DNA from: Klebsormidium nitens
Lineage: Eukaryota; Plantae; Klebsormidiophyceae
Direction of reading: 5' to 3'
Length of the DNA: 64,000 nucleotides
Assembly (NCBI GenBank): GCA_000708835.1
Contig: DF237117.1
Coordinates: 99,870-163,869 of the forward strand
The notes under the pieces were generated by a model. That model saw only the letters and a list, made by a program, of their open reading frames with translations, did no database searches and was not told where the DNA came from. Of this stretch, positions 1 through 13,500 are shown piece after piece (position 1 is the first letter of the stretch; each line of letters opens with the position of its first letter). The position numbers were made by a program, and so were the translations under genes.

Positions 1-338
1 CATCAGGCAGAATCCACGCTCACTTTGATAATCACTTTTGAAATCTGGGTTTGCAGGCCGAATGGCGTGACGTGGTGGAGACGTTAGCAAAAATCGTGAA
101 TAGCAAACAATGACGTCGGATTTAGAATCCGAAGTTAGGCAGTGTTTAGGTTTTTAAGAATCATAATAACAATCCCAGACCCTGGTTAACTAGCTCTCAA
201 ACCCTGGGTTCAGGCTGACGGGCGCTGGCATCTTTGGCGACGTGTTGCAGAACGGCCAATCTGTGACGTCCGCCTAACGAGCGGACGTTAGATAGACTTC
301 ACGTCCCCTTTAATCAGCTTCAAATACTAAGTTTGCAG

Positions 339-407
339 GCGGATGGGCGCACTGGTGTTCCTCGCGGCTTACTGCAAGAACCAGGGGCTTCTGCATGAGG
401 CGGAGCA
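339..407 (+). CDS. Possible internal exon of an upstream gene; peptide resembles the C-terminal TPR region of APC8/CDC23
   Basis: TTTGCAG acceptor before 339 and GTATGT donor at 408; peptide RMGALVFLAAYCKNQGLLHEAE resembles the LxFLAxYxKxxGxxxEAExYC pattern recalled for plant APC8. Flanking exons were not found. Confidence 0.25.
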
Positions 408-1585
408 GTATGTGGTCGTTGGTAGCACAGCCTGGCAGGCCGTCTCTAAAGCATCGTTCTTTGAGTCGTCACATGTGCGGTTTTGTCCACAAGGCCTTCG
501 GAACCAGTTCAAGCAACTGGCATGCTTCGTTTGACCTATTCAATCATACATTTACTCTCTCATGCTCGAATTTGGAAAAATAAATACACCGGCCGTTACA
601 AAAGAGAGCTGGCACACCTTTCATGATGTGCACACACACACTCATACATGTATGCCATGAGAAGCCTATGGCCTATTTGGCTACGGCGAGAACGAAAAGA
701 GACCATGTGCGGAACTACTGAGCGGCAAGACTGTATGCACGCGTTGCATGTGCTCAAGCCGAGTGGCGGAGATCCGGGGCCCTGAAGTAACTCAATGAAC
801 ATGCCATGATGCCATTCAAGGTATATATACGCGGCCGCCTATACCATATACAATGCAGCTAGCACTAGCAACACAACATATGAATGACAGCGCGTATACT
901 GTTGTTAGTATAGTACTACATGTCATACTCCTATAAGCTTCCCAATGATCGCCGCATATACGTGCATGTGCACGCTATATATAGGTCCTATATACACGTG
1001 ACTCAGTACAGCTTTTACTTAATTTAAGTCAATCCAAAGCATGCTACTTCAGAATTGTTTATCTCAACGCTCAGTTGGACGAATTGGTCCGTCTCGCGTT
1101 CAAATGAACGGTCGATTGGCGGCCATCAGCTTTCTAGGAGCATGCAAGCAAGCGAGCGCGTGACTGAACGACATTCACTGTCGCACGCATATTGTCTAAT
1201 ATCAGGGCATGCGAACAATGTAGCGAGTAAGGACAAGCGTGACTGAAGCCTACTTTTTCTGCATATTTCTACGCCTAAATCATCGTGATCGAACTTGAAC
1301 TTGAATTCGGTATGGACGGTGCATATCCGATCTCTTCCACTTCCCTTGTGTGTGCCTTTATCGAGAATGGAACTCACTCTCAAACTTCACCACCTTGTCA
1401 TCCATGTATTTCCAAAGCCGCGCCCAGCAATTACGTACCTATATCCTCTGCTATCCGGATGTTACCATTCACGTTGCATCTGTCAATACAATGCGAGTAT
1501 AAATGTCTATACCCTCGCCGAACTGGCTCAACAACACGCCCCATCAGCAACTCACAACAACGTGCGTACAAAACGAAAAACGCGT

Positions 1586-4500
1586 CTACCAGTATTCCAC
1601 CGTTACCGCTTTCGTGCGGAGATACTCATCAAGCGCCTCTTGTCCAAGATCCTTTCCAAACCCGGACTGTTTCCAACCGCCAAAGGGCGCGGCAACGTCC
1701 GTTTTATTGTACGTATTGACGTAAACCGTTCCCGCTTGCAACCCGTCAGCAACTTTTAGCGCCTTGTTAAGGTCCTTAGTGAAGACGCCTGACGCGAGGC
1801 CGTATTCGGTGGCGTTCGCCCGTTTCAACACCTGGCACGACGAGAGAAAATTCAGGAAGTAACTAGACTGGGCAAGCATTCGTATCAAGCTCAGATTGAA
1901 CCTCACGACTGGTCGGCCAACAGCAACCTCACCAGTGATGGCAATCTTTGGACACGACAGACGTAATATTTGAAAGTTCCCGAAACTCCTGGAAGAGGAC
2001 GATTGCGGAGGAATCACCCGTGATTTAGCGATGACGTCTGTTACTGATGGCGTTCAGTTCTTGTCAGGAGCAGCGCTGCAAACTTGCTCGTAGCAGCCTC
2101 TACAATTGGCAGCACCGAACCTACGAACAGAGTACCCGCAATTCGGGATTGACTCATGACTTTGAGGGTCCAAACGTGCACTTCAACTCCACATAAAAAT
2201 TCTCACCTTGTCAAATTACAGACAGAAGCTTCTCAACCTTGAGGTTTCGACGTCGAAGTCATCCGTCATCCACTTTCAAACAAGTGCAACAATGTTTCCT
2301 ACGGGGTTACAAATGCACTTTAAAACGGTCCCCCGCCCCCCCCGGAATGTTGCCGGTGTCCGTAAGCCGAAAGATCCACCGTCCCTTGCTTTGATTGAAG
2401 CCTCACCTTACCCGTCCTCCGTTTATTAAAGAATTGCAGTAGTGTTTTCCGGGGGGGGTAAAATGCAGATTGAAAGGTTCCCCCTGCGGAAACGTTGCCG
2501 GTGTCCGTAAACCAGAAGACCCACCGTCCCATGCTTGGTTAAAGCCTCACCTCATCGAGAGTCTCAAACTTCGAGATCAGCATAATCGGCCCGAACGACT
2601 CCTCAGTCGCTGCAACCGTGCCGTCTTCCACTCCGGTTATGACCGTAGGCTCCAGGAAGAAGCCCCGCGTGCCAACACGTTTACCGCCGTAGACTACGGT
2701 TGCCCCCTCTTTCACCGCCGTCTGCACAGAGGAGTCCTTGGGTGTAACTTGGGAAGCACTTTTGAAGGGTTTACAGGAAGTTGGTTACGGATACTTGCGC
2801 CCAATCGGAACAACCGAATTGGCAGCGCCACACTGCAGGGGTGCTGTGGCGGCGCTCCAATCGTCTGCTACTTTTCCGAGCCACACGTGACTGTTCTTTA
2901 GTGCGTTGAGGTGGAGCCGGTAGCGAGTCTGATGGAAGCGAATGACCGTAGCGAATGGGGGTTGGGGACAGGTTCAGTGCGTTTCCCCCCGAGGAGAAGA
3001 TGGACACATGCCGACACGCTTGCGCTTCAGCCTAAGGTGGCCCATTTGCATTTGTAGCTAGAGTACACAATACAGTCCTCGTCTAGAAACAGACTCTTTG
3101 CCACTCCTGTTTAAACAGGGACAGATCGATAGTCTGATGTTGAGACTGTAACGAAGATGAACGTCTCCTACTCATCTTCCTCCTGTAGAATCCATAGGAG
3201 GGGACGATAAGCGATGCTTACCTCAATATACGCCACCAGCTTGTCGAAGTGCGCCTTATGGTTCTGCGGCCCGTGCACGGTCGTGCGGTCCAGCGGGTCC
3301 CCGATCTTCATCTTCCGGACGTCCGAAACGACAGCTTCTACAAACTTGTCGTGTACGGAGGATTCCACAAACACGCGTCCGGCGGCGATGCAATTCTCGC
3401 CCTTGTTGAAGAAGACGGCCTGGCCGGCTTGTCGAACGGCCCGGTCGAAATCGGCATCCGCAAAGACGATGAGCGGGGATTTACCGCCAAGCTCCAACGA
3501 GACCTGGGATAAGTTGAAGAAAGAACTTCAATCTAGACATCGTTTACGGTTTCGAGATTTCAGGGGTTTGAAGAGAAGCTCTACAATCGAAGAAGACGGC
3601 TTGACCAGCTTGCCGAACGGCGCGATCGAAGTCGCCGTCTGCGAAGACAATCAGCAAAGACTTGCCCCCGAGCTCCAATGAGACCTGCGATGTTTTGAAC
3701 AAAGAAAGTCAAGCTAGACCATCGTTTGTTGTTTCGACTTTTCAGGGATGTAAAGAGAAGCTCCAAAATCGAGGGAGACGGCTTGACCCGCTTGTCGAAC
3801 GGCGCGGTCGAAGGGCGTCTGCGAAGACGATGAGCGGGGACTCGCCACCTAACTCTAAAGAGACCTACAAAGAAAATTGGGACTTTCAAAATCAGTCAAA
3901 AGTACCAGTATTAATCTCCATTTTTGAGGGCCTGACCCGCTTCCCGAACGGCACGGTCGAAGTCGGCGTCTGCGAAAAGATAATCATCGTGGACTTGCCG
4001 CCCAGTTCCAGCGAGACCTGCGAAGCGTGAACGTAGAGCGTTGGGGTTTGGGAGGTGAAGACTCTCAAGTTGACTGATGTTTGAAGGCCTTCAAATGGCG
4101 CGGTCGCTTGCGAGGACGATCAGCAGAAAACGGCAGTTATCGATTTGTTGAAGTCAAACAAAATCGTGCACCATAAATGCTAGGCTCAAGCTATTTAGTT
4201 TCTGAACTGGTAAGTCTTGTGAAAGTTGCGGGCTGACCACGCGGCACGTTTAAAGTCGGCGGCTGGGGCGATAAAGAGGGAAGCGTTGCACTTAGATGCA
4301 TTCGGCTCGAAAAGACGGACGGATGCGCACAGTCCTAGAGACACCGGATTTCTGTTGGACCTCGAAAACATGAGAGAGCAGACTCAAGCACCCAAGCGAA
4401 ACGCTCAGAGGAAGTAGACATGTTCGGAGCAGATTCAAGCAATGTGGCTCAGTGTGCTTCAGATTCAAGGATAGAAGCCAAGGGTTTCCACGTTTTTCAA

Positions 4501-7500
4501 GCCACGTGCCTTACTGCAAAAAAATCAGGTCCGAGCATGCTATCGTCGGGGTAAAAACGTTCCTGAGAGCCAGACAATTGATTTGTTTTCTGCCCGAACT
4601 ACAAGAGGTTGCGGTGTGGCTCTTGCAGTCAGTCCGTTCTGCATTCGATCTGCACCCCTCACCTTCTTGAGGGTCTTCGCAGCGCCCCCCATGATCATCT
4701 TTCCGACGGGCGTCGACCCGGTGAAGCCGACTTTCCGGATCGAAGGGTGGTCGGTAATCGCATTCCCGACCACACTCCCCGCGCCAAGAACCACGTTCAC
4801 AACACCGGGGGGAAACCCCGCCTTGAGCGTCAGCTCCGCGAACTTGAGCGCCGTCAGCGGAGTCACCTGGGCAGGAGAGGAGCTGACGTCAGCGGTGCCT
4901 ATGCTGGCGATATTATTTTCGTCGTGGTCAGCATGAGTGGAAAGTCAACAACGTTCACGACCCCGGCATGGAACCCCGCCTCGGGCGTCAGCTCCGCGAA
5001 CTTGAGCTCCGTCAGCGGAGTCACCTGGGCAGGCCAGGTGCTGACGTCAGCGGTGCACATGCTGACGACAATTTGCATTTTGGCGACATCGGGAGAGGAC
5101 GTCATGGCTGCTAATGCTGATGTTGGGCGCTGCCTATGCTGGTAAGTAAGGGTGGTGCTAAGAATGCTTATGGTCTTAATCACCTCCAGATCAGCTCCAA
5201 AATAGCTTTGCCGTCTGGCATATGTTTGTGACAGAACCAGGGGCGGGAAGACGTAATTGGAAGTGTTGGCCGGCGGAAAAACACAAGCCAGCCTTATAAT
5301 ACCAGGACAACAAAGGCTGATAGCGTAGCAAACAGCTCTGTACAGTCATTGTGATCAAGACCTTAGACAAAGTGCTCCTACTCTCAGTCACACGCGTCCC
5401 TCGCAACATCAGTCAGAAGGGTCTTTCATGTTACGTTCCTGGGCGCTTCTTAAATCCTCGCTTATGCGACATTTTACCAATCATTTCACCGGAAATTCGC
5501 ATTCGACTGCCAGATTTTGCACCAGAGGCAGACAAGGAAGGGGCAACGTTGAAGCCACTCCTTTCTTCTTCTCCATATTGTCAGCAATTCGGGTTCTGTA
5601 ACTTCGCTGAGTCACAAAGCCCACCTTTATACGCAGAAAGAAAGTGTTGATTTTCGCTCACCTCCGCTGGTTTCAACACGAGCGTATTCCCCGCCGCCAG
5701 GCACGCAGCCGCCTTCCACGCCACCATCATGAGGGGGTAATTCCAGGGCACAATCAACCCCACCACGCCGATGGGCTCTCGTCGCGTGAAGCAGAGGTTT
5801 TTGCTCGGGCGGGAATCGTTGATGGGGATCGTGCGGCCCTCGATCTTGTCCGCGAGGCCGGCGAAATAGCGGAACGTGTCGACGGACATGCCCACGTGGG
5901 TCTTGACCGCGAGCGTATAAACAGCGCCTGAACAGAAACGTAATGCAGAAGTATTGGGGTTTCGTTCTTGAAGTGTTGTGTTTGAGTATGCTTGTAAAGT
6001 CAGACCGGCGAAGTAGCGGAGCGTGTCGATGGACATGCCCACGTGGGTCTTGACGGCGAGCGTATATACAGCACCTGACAAAAAACGCAATGCGGAGGTT
6101 TCAGGTTTTCGATGTTTGTAAGCGGATATGGGAGCTTTTAGTTGTGACAAGACCGGCAAAGTGGCGGAGTGTGTCGACGAATATGCCCACGTGGGCCTTG
6201 ACGGCGAGCGTATAACAGCGCCTGGAAGGAAGTACACGCTTGACATATCTTAGGTTGGGTATTTTAGGTCAGTAAACAGGTTTTGTTTGTGTGGCGGGGC
6301 TGGCAACGAAGCGGAATGCGTCGACGGACATGCGCACGTGGGTTTTGACAGCGAGCGTGTACACAGCGCCTGCAAAGTCACACGCGTGTTCTCAAGCTTG
6401 GTGCGGACTTTTATTTTTGTGGTACAGGGAGACTGGCTGAATGTCGAAATAGATTCACGGCAAGTCTCGACAGCAAGTTACAGCACCTGATAGATCGATA
6501 AAGGCACAGCCTTTGAAATTATCTGAAGTTTCGGGTATCTTTTCAAACTTGATTTCAGACTGGTTGGGTTGACGAGGCTGGGGGAAAACCGGAATACCTT
6601 CATGGACGTGCCTGCACAACTTTTGCCAGTGAGCACGTACACTTCACCTAGACACACACTTCCAAGATCCGAGATTGTGCGGCTGGTAGGCGTAAATCAG
6701 AGTTTGCTTGCGAGACTGGCGGGGTGGCAAAACATGCTCAAAAAATGCTCTTCAAGTCAATGAACCAACAGCTACAAGAGCTGTCTGCTCATCCCCGCGC
6801 TGAACCTGGGCAAGACACGTCATAGTGGCTGATAGGCTCTCGCCTCCGTACCTGAGTCCAAGCTCTCGATCGTTGCCAGCTCCTCCTTGTTCTGCTCCAT
6901 CAGATCGGCCAGCTTCATCAGCAACTTGCCCCGGTCGCGTGCGCTGATTTTCCGCCACTCGCCGTTCTCGAACGCATCCTGAGATAAACGGAAAAGTCCT
7001 TCTTCGTGCCACTTTCGGTACTACTTCAATCATGTCTCTTCTCAACTTCCTCTGTAGAATGCTTTGTTGTGGTCCCGCGCAAGAAGAAACTGCAGGACTC
7101 ACTCGGCAAGAATGTCGAACACATTTCGAACACGCGTTTAAGTGGGAAGCCTCTGACCCGGATGCCATTACAAGGAGGGTTTGACTGGCACAGACGTCAA
7201 CGGCTGGGATGGGTCGCAAGTATCTTGTTCCATATTGACCACCTAACGACAGAGTTTCTACTTTTGGGGCACTCTAAAACACTTGCATGCAACCTGACCG
7301 TTTCTCCAGTCTTGCTAACCCGGTCGATGATGCGATCGAACAAAGCTAAGGGCGATCCGCTCACCTTTGCTGACGTCACAGCTCCGTCGACGTCCGCCGC
7401 GCTCCCGTCCGCCACGTCAACAATCACCTCCTCTGTCGCAGGGTTTATCGTGGGCCGGGTTTTCCCCTCTGACCCGTCCACAAACCTCCCCCCGATAAAG

Positions 7501-10500
7501 TGCTGCACTGGCAAACTGAGCTCTAACCCGTTCGCCCTAACCTTAACCGTCTTATACTCTGCCGCGCTGGATTTCGTTTTCAGAACCGTTTTGACGAAGT
7601 CGCCGTATGTGGGTGCCCGGTAGATGTCCTCTGGGTCAATTACTAGGCCTACGCTAGACTGCAGGTTTTCTACTAGGCGGGTTGCGTCGAGGGAACCAGC
7701 GCCTTGGGCGAAGAAGTCGGTGTCCGAGGAAACCTGCGGGAACGGGGGTTGCATGTTAGGAAATGTGAAGTCAAGCAATTTGCAACATTCCCTACGATGG
7801 AAGGTTTTTGAACGCATGTTGTCAAACGGACCGACTTCTTGTGCAAATCATCAGTTTCTGGAGGTATCGCTGCACAAGAATTGGTAACATTCTCAATTCC
7901 GATGGAGCGAAGATTCAACGCTAGCCCTCAAGGGCTAGGCTCGACTGAGATTCACCAATATGAGCTTTGCTTTGACGGCACAAGGTACAACAACAGGCGG
8001 TCTCCGTGCGCGATCGACGATCCAAGGAAAAGTAAGGTCGGGGCTGGTATAGCTACTTCAACGGCTTGGGATAGGGATGGGTGCGGAGCAGACAATCACG
8101 GCCTCAATCACGGTTTTTAGCATTGGAAACGCTTCGTTGCCAGATTGAGAGGTACCTTGAGGAGGCGTATGCCACGTTCAGGGCAAGGTAAAGTCCGACG
8201 CCGAAACTACAAAAAGCAACCCCCTCCGCCTCACCGTTTCCACCCCCAATATGTCCTTCCACACCGCCTCAATCGCCGCCCGCGCCGCCGCTTCGTCCAC
8301 TTTCGGGGCCTCCTTTTTCCCGCCCCCCTCGTTGCTACTCTCCCCAAGAAGGTCTGCGGCCGGCAAGCTTTTCCCGCCCACTTTCACTGACGTCACCAAC
8401 AGTTTCTCGCCGTCAGAGCCGGTCAGCACAAGGCCCTGCCCGGTGACAAACCCCGGGTGCTTGCTCCCCTCGATTTCCACGGGCTTTCCATCGGTGGGAA
8501 TGCCCCCCGACGGCGTTCGAGTGGAGCCGTAAAGCGTGGTTTCCTACCATTTGCGAGAGGAGAAGATTGAGTTGCTGATTATCTTGCCTTCGGAAAAGTT
8601 AACGACGTATGCACCTTCCCGGTTTCTTGTCTTGCAAGCTTCATAATTCGGTTGGAAAGAGCTGCGCAAGCTGGTGCTAGAAGTGGCGCGTCGTGCTGTG
8701 CTTTCAGCGCTAAAGGCAACAAGAACTCGTCACACCACGGCGGCTCGATCGGAAAGGATATTGCAGGGTCTTCATGCAGAAAAACTCCGTGTTTCTCTAA
8801 ACCAGAAATTGAAAGTCAGCGCAAGTATGGAAGTGAACTACACGTTGGTTAGGTTCAACCAAACTAACCAAGTTGGGCAGACTCCCATTGCTCTCGATTG
8901 TTTGTAGGGCCGACTTTTAACACTAAGCACCCGGGGGACGGGTGTGGTTACTTTGGGGGTTAGGGTGGGTGCGGGTGCGGAGCGCGAACTATCTCGACTT
9001 AATGTTTTTGATTGAGATGCCCGGGGCTTATGTATCCAAGAACTATCTCCTGTTGATACAATCTTGAGTAACCATTATGTTGGGCATCGGTCCAAAGCGT
9101 TGCGTTAGTCTGCCGTTAGACGAATACCTGGGAAAATCTCCGTTGGATATCTGGTCTGTATCGAACATTATCATAAGACCCCTTCAGATTCAACATTCAG
9201 GTCTGGTTTTGTGCGGATTAAGTTTGCACTTTATCTGGTCGTTAATCAAGGGCCGCTCTGTTTCTCACACGTGTTGGCTCCAGCTTTTCGAGACCTCTGT
9301 AACACGTTCGTTTACCTCAACTCGGTTCGTGCGAAAAAGCTTGCGGATTGCCTGGCCGTTAACCACGGCCCACGTCCCGGGCACTCTGTTGTTGCCCCAG
9401 GCAAAGTCGCGGGTCTCCTTTTAAACCCAACTAACCGCGCATTCAAACATATGTGGAATCGTGCGGGTTAAAACTTCAACTCACCTGGCCGTTGACTACG
9501 GCCCACGCCCCGGGCACTCTGTCGTTCCCCCGGATGAAGTCGTGGATCTGCTGACCGGTCTTGTCGAAATCAATGCGGGCCTTAACGGGGTCCTGCAAAG
9601 ATGGGTAATACCAGGTTGAGACTAAACTACACTCGCTGAGGAGTCAACAAGCATCCTACTCAGATTTATAAGTCGATTGCTGTCGGTTGGAGGTCCGAAG
9701 TTGTGACGATTTCGCTGGGTCAGCATTTCAGAGCTTGTGACAGCTGGTGAACGGAACTAACAGTCGATCTCAACAGGAGCTTCAGAGCTGCAACTTGGGG
9801 GTTGCACCGAACGCAACCGAAAGAAAGGACCGGAAAATTCATGACGTCTTCACAACAACTCCTCGAGGGCTCAGCCATCGTGACTGTAGCCTAAAGCAAA
9901 TGGTCAAGTGCGAAGCTCCCCAGCCGAAGCGCGACTCTGCAATCAGTAAGCACTGAGAGATCCCTCATCTCGCAGAAAGTAAGGATGTTGGAGAGAAGAA
10001 GGAGGTATCTCTGACCTTCCAAAGCGGATCGTAGGTCGCCCCTTCCGTCGGCTGGACGATACGGGGGGCTTCACCGGCTGCTATGAGGTCGACCGCATCC
10101 CCGACCGCTTTCACGCCCTCAGGGAATAGGAACCGCTTATCTGTTGGCGGAATGGATATGATATAAGCGATAGCATAGGTTATGAGCGGCTACGGCGTTT
10201 CCAAGCTGCTATCAGGTCGACCGCATCTCCGACCGCCTTGGCCCCTCCGGAACAAGAAAACGCTCATCTGCAGGGGAAAGGGGAATGCATATAAGCAGAT
10301 GCAAGGCTATGGAAAGTGCGTGCGAGAACCCAGCTGCTATCAGGTCGACCACATTCCCTCGGGGAAGATGCCCATCTGCGGGGCAGGATGGGTAAGCTTA
10401 AATGAATCGCATAAGCCAGGTGCGGATGCGACATTGTCCAGTCGATAGTATGATCCGACCACCTTGACCCCGTTGGGAACACGAACCGCTAATCTACAGG

Positions 10501-13500
10501 AGAGGGGAACCAATCCATTAAAGACCGCGAAAAATTTCGGATTTAAGCAAGAGCAGCTGAAGGCAAGAGCGGGCAGATACTTGAGCTTGAGAACGAAGCA
10601 ATTGGAGGAAGGACTTCCAAAACCAGAAAGGGTCGACGGTGTTGGCCGCACGGAACATCTGGCATTCGAATGCGTAAGTTTGACATCTTAAAACGGTTGT
10701 CGTTTCGTTCCCAAAGTCGTATCCCCAACGCATAACGAACCAGCAACTCTTTTTGATCTCCGTTCAATGAGCGATTCGAAGGCGTCGACCGAGCTGACGT
10801 CTGTGCTGCGATATATCTGTTTCGTGTACGGAGTACTGCAAGTAGTGAAGCTGCGACACCTTGATCTGGAACTTTTGGGACTTGAAACCCTTCACATTAC
10901 AGAGATTAAGGCAATTGTCGTTCACCACAACGTCCGTGTCGCACTGCAAACCAGCAGTGTGTTTCAAGAAGTTTATATCTCAAGTTCAAGAAGCTTGGTT
11001 ACTCGAAAATAAACAAACATCCAGAGGTCTGACACTCACAGAGCGAGTTCACTGTGTCGTCCGGCTCAACGTCCGTCTCGCGCGTCAACAAAATCGGTCC
11101 GGTGTCAAGTCCGTCGTCCGCCCAAAACACAGTCAGCCCCGCCTTCTTATCGCCTTCCATGAGCGTCCAGTTGATAGCTGACGCGCCACGATGGCGGGGC
11201 AGAATGCTGGGGTGGTAGATGATGCCGCCATACTTGTTGCTGTCAAGGAGCTGCAAAAGAGAAGCGATCCCCGTTTCATTGTGAGCATTTCCGATAGTGA
11301 ATGCGTTACGGTGCTGCGGGGGTGATGCTCGGGTCGTAAACAATGCCGCCATACATGTTGCTGTCAAGCAACTGCAGAGGTGAGTTCCAGACTCCTTGAA
11401 TCGAAGCTCTGAAACCTCGATCTTCGATCAACCAAGGCGATTAGTGTGCATTCTCTCACGGGAGATTCGGATTGAGAAAGGATGCTCGGGCGGTGAACGT
11501 GCCGTCATACTTTCGCCTCGAGCAACTTTTATAGGAGAGGATGATTCCTGGGAAAATTCTGAATTCAAATGCTTTCTTTCATGTACCTCATTTCCTAAAG
11601 GTGTATTGTGCCGCGAGGCCTGAATTCCATGCAGGTATGAATCTGGTCCGTTCATTGGCTACGTAAAGGCACTGATCTAAGTTTCACTACCAGGCAGGGC
11701 CTTTTCTTAGGGCCAAACCCCTTTCGAAGTTACCTTGCTTTTACACAAATCTTTAGGAATCAGAACGGCAGCTTGTGGCCTTACTCCTACGTTGACAGAG
11801 ATTGACGACCTCTACAAACTTTGGGTGGCGACCAGGCAAGCCATCACCAAGACAATGTAAAAGGAACCAGCCAAGACTCCATCTCTGACAACTGCAGTCA
11901 CCGTTTGCGGTGCCAAGAGAACAGAGCAATTTCCTCTTCAATTATGCGGACTGCCACGCGGTTGCACATGTTAAAAAGCCGAACAAAAGTTGACGGCGCA
12001 CTGCTTACATCGACAGGGATGAACTGCGTGACGAACGCCAGCACGCTGAGGTCAGCGCCTACCGACTTGAACTGCTGCTCCACCTCAGGGAGCGTGTGGC
12101 CACCGTCCTGAGAAAAATGGTCTGAGCTTGGTTATCTCCTGATTAGCTACAAATTAGCTCGTGGTTAGCTAGAGGTTAGCTCCAGGTTAGCAAGAGGTCA
12201 GCGACATCCCAAGGGAAAGTGGTAGAAGTCAGCAAACGGGTAGCAGAGCAGATAAGTGAAGGTTAGACGGACAGGCCAATTCAAAGGCTTCTCCACTCAA
12301 CTTCGCAAAATAGGTCAGAAACAGAAGTTTACAGAGGGTTAGCAAAGAAGACACTCAACACAGAGAGGGGTTGGCAGCAAGGGTAACCAGGCAAGATGAC
12401 CCACGCAGACCAGCCAAGCTGTCCCAAGCACATCGCTGGCCATCTATGCCACTTTCTGAAGACATTCTGCATCCCCTCTATCCCAGATACTACCCTCTCA
12501 ACCACCTGAATTTCAAAACGCGATGATCGTTATGCCCTTGCGTTGCCTTCCAATGAGCAGAATGGGTGTCGCAAAGCGAGAAATCTGGCCAGTCTAGTGG
12601 GAATCAACTCCACTTACCAGGAACTATTTGAAAGCACGCATATTAAGAGATTTGTCATATTGCAGATGACCAACCTCATTTCAGCTGTCTGCATTGGTTC
12701 TTACGGCAGCCATCAATGCTTTGAAAGCATGAAACAGATTTGCAAAGGTACCAACGCTTCAAGAGCATGCAACATTCTTGCAGATGTATCTGGACTGGTG
12801 TTGCAGTCGAAAGAGTGGCTCGAGTAAGGTCGGCTGTTCATGAATGTCAATGATTGGGCGCTCTGATTAAGAAGACGCCGTGGAATAATATGGTTTGGTA
12901 CTATGCATCTAACACAACTTTTGCCAGCCTCCAATCTTAGCAACGACCAGTCTTTTGTGGTAAACCTTGCAGTATTCATTTTGCCACAAAGTATGCACAA
13001 ACTGCAGCTTTCTCAGCTATCCAGGATTTTCACCACCAACTATCACCAACAGCATAAGTCTATGAAGCATCTGAATTTCATTTTCAGGATTCTAGAACCA
13101 ACAGCATTGAAACTTATCAAAAAGAAAGACAGGAAGATGCTGCTGGGGCCAGATGTCATCCAGGAAAGCTTTCCAATCAATTGAAGAACAATCAGATAAA
13201 GAACTGCAGAACGCGACCAGCGAATGAGACACCTATCTCTGCAGATAGTCATACGAAGACAGATTGGTCGCTATGCAGCGGCCAATGACCACAATTGAGC
13301 AGGCAAAGAAGAAAGTAATAGAACGTCAATAGCTCACCTTCTTCAGAGCCTTCCAGCGCGGAAACTTGAACACCTGCAGGTTGTCTGCCTTTGCTGCGGT
13401 GGCAAGCGGGTCCTCCCTTCCCTTTGCGTCAGGGACCGTGAAGACTCCCACAATCTCATGGCCTCTCTTCTTCAATTCGTTAAAAACCTCGGCACCGAAA

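Noticed and set aside
820-1020. AT-rich segment with short palindromes (TATATAGG.CCTATATA, GTGCATGTGCAC) as a transposon end or ncRNA
   Set aside because: No partner terminus, TSD or recognisable RNA fold.
3586-6490. Echoes as a second, degraded ALDH paralogue interleaved with the gene
   Set aside because: Each is a partial copy of the immediately adjacent exon plus its intron flank, present in several tandem copies; they cannot be joined into a second gene.
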